The notes beneath the pieces were generated by a model, which searched no databases, was not told where the DNA came from, and worked only from the letters and a program-made list of their open reading frames with translations. This document shows, piece by piece, positions 26,222-36,418 of a stretch of DNA of 36,418 nt. The stretch comes from Seison nebaliae. Taxonomy: Eukaryota. Made by a program: the position numbers and the translations under genes. Location of the stretch: positions 1-36,418 of the forward strand of contig JALJEE010002694.1 of the NCBI GenBank assembly GCA_023231475.1. The letters run 5' to 3'. How positions within the stretch are numbered: the stretch's first letter is position 1; each line of letters begins with the position of its first letter.

Positions 26222-26931
26222 TCAGAAAAATAAAATAAAAATAATTACTCTAAAATAAATTATTTGACCATTTTTAATAAAGTATCTAAAATTGGTCCTC
26301 TTTCTCTTTCCTCACAAACCATATTATAATCTAACATATAACATTGAAAACTATCATTTTATGAAACTATCATAAACGACATATCTTACGATCTTAAGAT
26401 AAGTAAACTTTCTTTTCGAAATTCTAAAAATCATTAAGAAATCTTCCGAAACAAAATTTAATTCATCATTTAATTTTTACATCATAATATCAAAGAGACC
26501 AAAAGAAGGTCGCTTAGAGTGGAAACCAGATTGAAATGTGTAGAAAAAGTAAGAAAATAAAAGGAAAAACAGACCAAATATTATTCATAAAAACACAACA
26601 TAAATTCGATAAAGAAGTCGGAAAGTTTGAGATTTGGAGCAAATTGGTAATTAGAAAACGGATTAGGAAAAGGAATGAGAAAAAATTAAATGCAGAATGT
26701 TAATATTCATAATGCTTCATAATTATCACTGCCAATTTTGATCATTTTCTCATAATACTCAGAAGAATCCATAAGAATTTTGGGATCAACAGAATGGAGA
26801 TTGATAAAAATATCCAATATTTTTTCGGATCAATTTACTGTTCGATTTAACAATTTGTTAAATCTAAATATTTCGACCCACGCTATTGTTTATATTTTAC
26901 TATCACATACTATCGCTAATCACATTTTATT

Positions 26932-27905
26932 ATGGAGAAAGCAAAAACATTATCGGAGTTCGAAAAAGGACAGATAACGGCCTTATTGTCCGAAGGTGTT
27001 TCAGTAGAATCGGTCGAAGAAAGTTATTTATTAATTTAAAAATGATAAGAATTATGGGACGAGGATGAAGGAAACCGGAAGGAATCGGTGCACGTCGGCT
27101 AGGTTATACCGTCGAATTTACCGCGAAGGTCGAAAAATGGGTAGCCATTCTCGATCTATAGCCGAGAAATGCAAAACAAACGCAAGTAAATCGACCATTT
27201 GTAGGAGACTAAAAGAAGGAAGGGTCCATTGGTAAAAAATGAAAAAAGAACCCAAACTTAATTCCCAGCATAAAACGAAAAGAATGGAAGCAATAACTGA
27301 ATGGATTGAAAAGGGTTATAATGGAAAACAAATCATATTTTCTGATGAAAAAAAAGTTTAATCTCGATGGACCTGATGGTTTTCTATACTATTGGAGGGA
27401 TTTGAGAAAAGAAAAAGAAATTATCTCCGTATCGGTTGCCCGGTCGAAAAAGGGGGTTATGGTGTGGGCCGGAATTTGGCTTGGTGTTCGTACACCAATA
27501 GTTTTCGTTGAAGGAAATATGAATTCAGAGAAATACATAGATATTCTCTTCAAATATGTCTGTCCAGCTTTGGATAAGGACTGCAAATTGATATTTCAAC
27601 AAGATAATGCTAGGCCACATATTTCAAAGGCCACTAAAGATGGGATGGATAACCGAGATGTAGTAGTAATGAAATGGCCAGCATGCAGTCCGGATTTGAA
27701 TGTAATCGATATTAATACATTATGGGGTAGACTCAACAGGGATGTCTATGCTGAAATTAAGCAATTTCAAACAGTGGAAGAATTAAAAACCAGGGTGACG
27801 TATTGTTGGGATAAAATCGAACAAAACTGTATTGATAATTTAATTGATTCATTTCCACGATGAATAGCTGATGTCTTGAAAAATATAGGTTCATTTTGTT
27901 GCTAA
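26932..27905 (+). mobile_element. Inactivated Tc1/mariner (Tc3-like) transposase
   Basis: MEKAKTLSEFEKGQITAL..., [48 protein letters not shown]. Lesions: disrupted HTH region, TAA 27233-5, +1 A in the run 27348-55, TGA 27861-3. TIRs not found. Confidence 0.93.
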
Positions 27906-28470
27906 AAAGATGTTTTTTCCATAAATTTTTAAAGATATGACACGCTTATTTAAAACTTATTCATTATACATGTATTTCGATAGGTTCTAAAGTTTTGAAA
28001 AACAATTTAGAATTTAATAATTCTTTATTTAATATATTTAATATTTAAATTTTAAAAAATTTTTAAATTCGAACTAAAAATAATGATTTCTATTTCGTTT
28101 ATTTTTACAAGTTGTTCAATAGAAGTTTGAATAAAAATAAAATAATCAGATCAATCAGAAATAATCAAAAAAAATCCAGTTTTATAGTCATTTGTGGATA
28201 TTTCTTCATAATAAATTTTGTCCAAAAAATATTTATAATAAGTATGAGTAAAAGAATAAAAAACCTCTAATTCATTTCCTTTCAACATCTTCTTCGGTAA
28301 ACAACGATTTTGGAATTTTCTTTTCCGTCCAAATTTGGGAAGTACTCATAAAATAAATATAAATGTAGGACACAATATGTTCTACAATACTTTTCTGATT
28401 CTAAAAAACACAAAAAATAAGTAAAAAGGTATATTTAAGTTTTAAAATAAAATAAATGAAACATAGATGA

Positions 28471-28895
28471 TCAGCCACTTCGAGCCAAGATGGTTTCGTA
28501 CCAACTAGCCAAGTCTCTTGACAGAAGATGATTGTTTCTTTGGTTCATGTTTAGTTGATGATTTTTGCGTGTCTGATTCGTGTTAAGTGATTGATGAGAA
28601 CGATTAACGATCGTAGTGTGTCTTCGACATTGACCAGTCCAACAAAACTTACATGACTTATCATGAATTTTAGAATTTTTCCATTTGCAGCACTTACAAT
28701 TGGGAATAGAATATTTTTTCTTTTCTTTTGTGATTGTTGTTATTGAAGGTTGTAGTGATTGCTTCTCGGTTCGATATTATTTAGTGTAATATTTATATAA
28801 AACAATTTAGTTGTAAACAATAGATAGAAATAAATTTCTATCCTATATAAAAAAACAATTTTAGTGTAATTTACATATTAAATTACATCTTGCAT
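28471..28895 (-). CDS. Possible small Cys/His-motif protein (~110 aa)
   Basis: About 100 open codons including PNCKCCKWKNSKIHDKSCKFCWTGQCRRH...WYETILARSG*. It can be started by two phase-0 microexons (MQD|DRNLFLSI|) using short GT..AG introns. Not in the ORF track. Confidence 0.4.
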
Positions 28896-29426
28896 TTGAT
28901 TTTAATTGATTAAAATTTGTTTGTTATTTTTCTTCTTTATTGATAAACAAATTTAAATTTGGAGGTAACTTAATATAACTCATGGCATCAACTTGAAAAG
29001 TTTGTACTATTTGTATTACACAAATTAAAAAGGTCGTTAAAGAAATGGAAATTGATCAAAGTAAAATCTACGTATATATGGTTTCAATTATAGAACAACG
29101 AGTTTCTAATTTTTTTACTTTGTTTTCTCCTGTTTGAAGTAGTAAAACCGTTTTAAAATTTTTATTATAAACAATTTCAATCACCTTACCTAACAATAAA
29201 TTTCTTTTAGCTATCTGTTTTTAATTGAGATTAGTAGATTGAGTAAATTATTGATATGAAGAAGAATGATTTGATGGAAAAATATAAAGAAAAAATTGAT
29301 AATTAGGAGAATGTGTCTGTTACAAATTAAATTGTAAAATGGAAAGAATCAAAGTGAAAATTGAATTTTCCTTCTTATTCTTTTTATATTTTTGAAATTT
29401 TTTTTTATTGACCCGTTGTTCTTTAA

Positions 29427-32400
29427 ATGGCCGAAAAAATTTTCGATAAATCTTTTGATGCACCGATAGAATTTATTCCAAATTTTTATTTGGATTTCGA
29501 TGGCGATTTCACTTCTCAAGAGAAACCGGCGTCGTTTCAGATGAAGAATATTTCTGAGAATGTCATCGTATTTCGAGTACAAAGTGATATGATCAATACA
29601 TTTATCGTTTGATTTCTCAACACTATTTTCTCAAAATTTTCAAAATTTCAGGTAAAACCAGATGTCGGAACAATCGATACAGGCGAGGAGATATTTGTTT
29701 ATTTGTTTCCCAAATTGGATTTGACGGAACAAACTCGTAATGAGGCTATCAACAATGCTTTCCTCGTCTCATTTTTACAGGAACCACGGAAATTATATGA
29801 TCTCAAATTAATATGGAAAACGATGAAAAGTGAATTAATTCAACATAAATTAGTTCTAAGAAAAGTTACTGGTGATTCCATCGATTCACTTGCCATTCGA
29901 CCTTCCATCAATGATGTGCCATTTACTCGAATTAGTAAAGGAAGTCTTCAATGTAAAAGTTTATCATTAATTTAATTATTATTATTTTATCATTTATTAG
30001 TGATGGATGCGAGAAAAGTTAAATTTGTAAGAAAAGTTCAAAGTTTTAGAATTTTTTCAAATTTAGCAAGCGATTAGGAATCGTTCACGTTTAGTCGGTT
30101 TTCACATTTATTTCTTATCACAATTAATCGATAATATCTCATTCTAGATAAGAAAATCATGAAACCGATAGTTACATTTTTTTTTGATGTCAAACATGAT
30201 ATCTGTTCAGGTGCCAACGAAAATCGCTGAATTGGAATATACACCCAAAAATCGAATACTTTATTTTCCTGCACCATATTCCCAACAAACATCAGCTTCA
30301 TTGAACTTGAAGAATGTTTGTGGGACTAAATTGTCCCTGACATTATCGACATCGATACCTGATTATTTTACCGTTTTCCATTCCATAATTGAATAAATTG
30401 AATTCTAAAGTAATTTTTAGATTTCAAGGAACAATCTTATTTTAGATATTGATGAAGAGAAGATTATCGATATTGAAATGAAAACAATACCATCAGTTGA
30501 TGAATACGAGGATATCAAGAAGAATATTGTGACTGTAGAAGTCACTCCTATTGAGAATGAGATGAATGAAATAGAAAAATCGACGAAAACTTCGAATCCG
30601 CGAAAAAAACTTCAATTTTCAATTCGTGTAGATGAATGGGAAGAAGAAGCAAATCCTTCAGTTTAATTCGAATTTCATCAAATTTTTTTCAAAATTAAAC
30701 ATTTTTCAGGATCCATCATCGAATCATTTGGAGATGAAGAACCCGGGATTAAGTATTCTAATGAATCGTCCTTTAAATCATCCGGATTTGGGAAAAATGG
30801 AAATCGCTTCTTCAGCCAAAGTGATCGCTTGTCAGTTCTATATCAATGTCGATATCGATACGGATTGTGGAAATGAGAATTGTGATTTGGTGGATCAATA
30901 TTTTAAAATTTTACCAGAAAAAGCAATTTTAGCACCGTCGGATACATTACAAGTACTGGTGACAAGAGAGCCGATTTTAGATGAACATATCGAATTTTTC
31001 AAAAAACCATTACACATAACAATGAAAACGATAAATGTGGAGAATATGGAAAAGATAAATTTTCGTGATTTATTCAACGTCTCCACAACGTCCGATAATA
31101 AACATCAACGATTTCATATCAGTCTCAAATTGAATACGACGAAAGATGATGATGAGATTCATTATTCATCCAAAATTCTTGTCAATTCCATCGATGGCAA
31201 TTTTGATTTATTCAATAAAATTTATTTCACACCAAAAATTACACGAGACTTCAGTGATATTAGTGAGAAGATTGAAGATTATTTAGTGGAGCAATTGGTT
31301 GCATTAGATACTCCATTTATCGCAATTGGAGAACATGGTGAGAATGAGAAAAGAATATCAACAGATAAACGATTAAAAAATTTGACGAAACAACCGGTTT
31401 TATTTAACGTGCAAACGAAAGCAGGAATTACAGTTCGACCTAAACATGGTTTGTTACGACCGAATGAAATAATATTTTTACGATTTTATTTTGTTGCCGA
31501 TACACCAGTACATACGAATTATCGATTTATTTCCATCTTCTCCAAAATCGAAACGGATTCGAATGTCCATTCGAAAATTAATAGTATTTGGACGGAAACG
31601 AAAAATTTCAATCGATTGAAAATTCCGATATTAATCGATTCATCAAAAATATTAGCTAAATTGAAATTACACAATCCGAATCATTACGAATATAATTATC
31701 ATAACAAACGTGACGGTTTACGTATTGAGAATAATGAGAATAAATATATCAGTTTAGAACGATCAAATGACGATTATAAACATCGAGGACATTTGAAAAT
31801 TGGAAATCCGAATGAACATCAACCAGTTTTCTTCAAAGTGAAAGTGTCGAATGTGGTTTGTTGTCGTGTTGATCCGCCAATTGGCGTCGTTCAACCATTG
31901 AGTAAGATAACATTAAATATTTCATCCGATAGTGTATGTACGGAGCATAATAAGTTGGAAGGAGTGATCAATATTCAATCGATTGTAGATCGAGAGAATT
32001 TGAATATTGATGGAACGATGAAACGGAAAATTGTGGAAATTTTCGAATCACATCGATATCCAACGATTAATGAAAGAATTAAATTTATGTTAGCTGACGT
32101 TGCTGAGGAACATACGATAATAGAATCACAAACTGAAAAGTTATATAAATTAGCGTCAAGTATAAGTATGTTGAGGGAGCAGATAAAAGTTCATGAAATT
32201 AAAGAAGAAAAAAAAGAGACATGTCAACAAGTTCATATTGATGAGAAGGACGACATTTTAATAATTGAACATGAAGTTGAGGAAAGTGTAGAAATTACAG
32301 AGATTAGTGAAGAAACGACAATTGTAACAAAAGAGGAAAAACTCTCATCATCATTTACTAAGACTGATGGTAGTATCACTCCACCAGATCAGAAGAATAA

Positions 32401-34905
32401 GGAGATATCAAATGATTCATTAAATAGAACAAGTAAAAATTCATATACATCTGGCGATTATCAGGAAACGAAAGACAATGATAAACCTGTAATTCCATCA
32501 CGATCAGTTCGAGTTCAATCGGAAGATCCGTGTCCAATTCTATCACGAATAACTTCGAAATCCAAATCGAAAATATCAAAAAAATCGAAAAAAAAAGAGA
32601 AACCGATGGAGAAGAGTGATAGGAAAAGGAAACGGAAAGAAGAAGATGTCAAAGTAGTAGAGAAGGAACCCACGAAAAAAGTGAAAAAACCCAAAAATAA
32701 AATTAGTTCAATAAAAACGATAAAATCCACCAAAACTGTCACGTTAAAAAAGAGGAAAAGTTCCAGTAAAGTTACACATTCTCGAGCAGTTAGTGGTCAA
32801 ATGGGACCTCATAGTAAATCGAAAGTGTCGAGTTTATCAACCAAACGGAAATCATCGGAAAAACAAAAGAGTTCACGTTTATTGGATCAATATCATTATT
32901 CGAAAGCGACCGCAAAATCTACATTGACTAATCTAAAAAATGCTAAATTAGAATTGGCGTCGAAATGTTCAGACTCATCTGTCAAATTGATTAGTTCGAA
33001 TGAAGCACCGTTAATAATTGGAGAGTTTGAAGAACAAACTGAGACGCCACCAATTAAGAAAAGAATTAAGGGTAAAATATCCAAAACTTCATCCCCTCAT
33101 GTTGAGAAAGAAAAAAATACATCGAACACATTTGAAAAAGTGACGAAAGTGTCAAGTAACATATCGAAGAGAAAATTGAGTAAATCTAAGAGAAACTACA
33201 AATCTCATAGCGAACACAGTTTCGCTTCATCATTGAGTGTCAAATCGAAGAGTAGTGTAAGAAATAAATTGAAATTGAATTCGAATAATACATCGAAATT
33301 AACGTCAGTCAATACGGCACCATTCTCCAGTAAAGTAATGGAGGAACTTGATATAAAATATCATTCGACATCCTCTATTAAAAATCCTTCACAAATAATT
33401 CCTACACAATCAGAAATGACTACTAAAATGACTACTGGTAGGGCGACACAACCTACGAATGACACACACAATACTAGAACTATCGGTAAAACGACAATGA
33501 CGACGACCCGTAGTAAATCACAAAGTGTACCAGACGATGTATCGGCAATGCCTTTCGATTATAAAAGTGGATCGTCTTTCATTTACACTGATGGTATTAC
33601 TGGTACGATGAGTAGACGAATAGTGAATATAATGAATGAGGAAAGTGAAAATAGTCGAATGGAAGAAACGACTTTAAAAGTGACGGATGAAACACATCAA
33701 TATAAAACGGTAATAAATACATCTCAATGGGAGAATACTTCAAGTAAGAAGAAAGAATATGATGCTGGTATGAGTTCAATGGAAGATCAAACATATGGGA
33801 GAGAAAATAAACGGAATATTCTCTCATCACAATATATCACCAGTTACCCAACAACTCAATCAGATAGTTCTCCAAATTATTCTCTTAAACGTCTAATGAC
33901 TGAGACGAACTCGTCGAGATTCCAACAAAATTGTTCGAGAAGACGAGTAAGTTCACCTCATAATCGTAATGTTATGGTTCTCGTGTCGAATCAGACACTG
34001 GATGACACTCAACCAAATTCACCCGATACAAATTCACATAGTATAACGAAAATTTTGTCTTATGCAGATAAGATAAAAAATTCATTTCAAAGGAAACCAG
34101 TTGAGAAACCGGCTTTTCTTGCTGATGACGTTCAATTGCTGGATATTCAACCGTTTACGGATTTGAGATTTATTGGGTCTTTCAAAGAAACTTTAACGGC
34201 TGTAATTCATATTAGAAATATTTTCACCGAATCCGTTGTCTTCACCATCAAACCATCACATCCATATTATTACAAAGTTTTTTATTAATTTTCAGAAATT
34301 TCAATATTAAATTGTAGATCGAACCGAATCAATATACTTTGAGGCCGAAAGATTCGGTTGTAATAAATGTACAACGTAACGCTTTAAGAATACCTCAAGA
34401 GAATTTCGCATTGAAAACTATTGATCATTATTTAACGATTAATATGGCTGCAGAACACATAGCTAATGTTGACACGATTGATGATATGTTGGAGGTTTTC
34501 GCCGACAAAAGTGATCGTTCTCCTTATTTGAACCAATTGTATCTCCCCATAAAAATGACGGATGGTGAGGAAGATATTTCAGAAACGATTGAACAATTTT
34601 CGACAGAGTTTTAATTTTTAATCAATTTTATCTATCAGTTCATTTTTAGAGTTACCATTCCAAAAACTTTCAAAAAATATAATGCAATTACTACTCGATA
34701 TAATCGGAATAATCGGAATAATCGGAATAATCGAGAAACACATCCATTTTTTACTTGGGTTTTCGGAACGGGAATCATTTATTTCGCTGTACTCATCATC
34801 CATTTTATCACCGTACGGATTTTTGCGAGATCAGCAAGAACGTTGGAGGAGCAATGTAATCCAACGAACTTTTGGTCTACTTGTTGGCAATCGTGGGGTG
34901 AATGA
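29427..34905 (+). CDS. Giant multi-MSP-domain, tail-anchored VAP-like protein (~1685 aa, 10 exons)
   Basis: Exons 29427-29606, 29652-29958, 30001-30017, 30067-30082, 30148-30170, 30211-30372, 30421-30660, 30710-34276, 34318-34607, 34650-34905 (5058 nt, open). Repeated MSP motifs, e.g. MKNISENVIVFRVQS..IVKPDVGTI; LKNLTKQPVLFNVQT..VRPKHGLLRP; IGNPNEHQPVFFKVK..VDPPIGVVQP; LDIQPFTDLRFIGSFKETLTAVIHIRN. C-terminal TM FFTWVFGTGIIYFAVLIIHFITV. Confidence 0.82.
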
Positions 34906-34997
34906 ACATTTAAATTTTTATTTTTTTTCGTAACTAAATTACATGAAATGTTACTTAACAATAAAAAAAAATTAAAGTTCTTTTCCTTCGAAACAAT

Positions 34998-35621
34998 TCA
35001 CTGATCTTGTTTAAATAAGACTACAATATCGTTCGAAATGGAAAAAATTAAAATTATTTCAGTATGAAAATTTCTAACATTGCTGATAAAAAACAGTTGC
35101 ACCGTTCCATGGTGCAGGAAGCATTAACCATAGGGCTAGAATGAACTGGAAAGAAAATGATGGAAAAACAAATAGGCAATTGAAAACTTTTCCCATCCAA
35201 TATAAATGTCCGTAACAATAATGGTAATCGCTTATACAAAAGAATAACTCCTCAAGACAATAAGTTGTGAGGAAAAAAAGCCAATAGAGTAACCATTGGG
35301 CAGCATCTTCACCTCTCGACCGTTTTATCGAATCTAATCTATTCAAATTGAAATATTGGAAAGTAGGAAAAATAAAGAATTCTAACGTCGCATAAAATGG
35401 ATAAACGAAACAGCAGAAATTACAAATTATCTCATTACCATAACCATTCGCCGTATAGATGGTAGTGAAAAGAAATAATACTTGATAAATAGAAACGAAG
35501 GAATTTATGGGGAAAATTTACCTGCCATTATCTGTATGCGCGATATTTGAGCAGTTGCTTCTAATCGTTTAACGGTTCGAATAAATAAATTATTCTCGTA
35601 AAATTGATCATCGAGATCCAT
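34998..35621 (-). CDS. TB2/DP1/HVA22 family (REEP5/6-like) ER-shaping protein
   Basis: Spliced: GYGNEIICNFCCFVYPFYAT|LDSIKRSRGEDAAQWLLYW...GK|FILALWLMLPAPWNGATVFYQQ, matching the REEP5/Yop1 pattern. The last exon is tentative (alternative stop at 35074). Confidence 0.85.
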
Positions 35622-36277
35622 GATGAATTGCAAAAAAAACAAATAAAAAATCAAAAATTAAAAAGAAGGAAACGAACTACAATTAAAAAAATTTATTTAT
35701 TTTTTAATCGAATTTCCTCACTGATCGACTATGTGCACTAATATCTTATGATTTTATTAATATTTCCCTTTCCTTTTACGTGTAACTAAACAATTTTCCT
35801 ATCGAACTTATGTTAATAGTTCCTATTATCTGCAATCCTTCTACTTATTTCCAATTATTGTTTAGTAAGTTTAAATAGTTATAATAACAAATAAGTTTAA
35901 ATAACTAGTTCGGTATTCATAAAATCTCGACGGGATTTTTCGGTCCTTACGTATGATCGTTTAATTTCTATTCAAGTAACTGTTTAATTACAGCAACTCT
36001 TACATTAACTATATTATCAAAATTACTCTTGATCTCAGACATCTCAGTCTATAAATATATTGTTCTTATGAATAGCGCTCGAACGCAGGTTCTCATTTTG
36101 TTCGCTACCCCCTTTTACAAAAGCTTTACAAAATTTTTCAAACAAAAGATAAATGAATAATTTTCTTAAATTTCTACCCTCGAGAAGAACATAAAACAAA
36201 TTTTGGTAATTACATTATTAGAGAAATTTTGTAAAATTTTTGTATCATTCTTTTTGAAAATCTGGCTATGAAAAAAA

Positions 36278-36418
36278 TTTAGGTTCGAGCGAGAATTGAA
36301 CTCGCGACCTTCTGCGTGTTAAGCAGACGTGATAACCACTACACCACCGAACCATATTTTACATTTGAGTACTTCCATTATATTAAATTAATAAATAAAA
36401 GTCAATAAATTCCAACGG
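36278..36418 (-). repeat. Right arm of 141-bp terminal inverted repeat
   Basis: Reverse complement of 1-141. Confidence 0.97.
36281..36353 (-). tRNA. tRNA-Val(AAC), identical to 66-138
   Basis: Exact reverse complement of the left copy, followed by a T7 terminator (A run 36271-36277). Confidence 0.96.

Noticed and set aside
21932..33830. Minus-strand ORFs overlapping the ANKRD6, secreted protein, transposase and MSP exons
   Set aside because: They are antisense shadows of real coding exons.
34618..34961. ORFs with IIG/IIP repeats
   Set aside because: They are alternative frames of the MSP last exon; the spliced frame reads RNN repeats followed by a TM helix.
5708..35621. Host uses an alternative genetic code
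   Set aside because: Conserved genes translate cleanly with the standard code once spliced and end in TAA or TGA at the expected positions (e.g. the BROX CAAX).

Overview
AT-rich, gene-dense animal (bilaterian-type) nuclear DNA. The ORF track fragments the genes because they are split by tiny introns, mostly 40-65 nt. Splicing by hand gives recognisable BROX, UBL7, ZNHIT3, ANKRD6/Diversin and a REEP5/DP1-like gene, a ~1685-aa tail-anchored protein with about six MSP (VAP-type) domains, a secreted Cys-rich protein, several orphan genes and a dead Tc3-like Tc1/mariner transposase. Three things stand out. (1) Nearly all introns start GTT instead of GTRAG (22/24 in homology-anchored genes, about 46/53 in all my models), with no +4..+6 consensus. 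(2) The two window ends are a perfect 141-bp inverted repeat, each carrying an inward-pointing tRNA-Val(AAC); 141 equals a common assembler k-mer size, so the real repeat probably continues outward. (3) The giant multi-MSP protein has an architecture I do not recognise. All gene models and family calls are manual, from remembered motifs; no searches were run and the organism is not identified.
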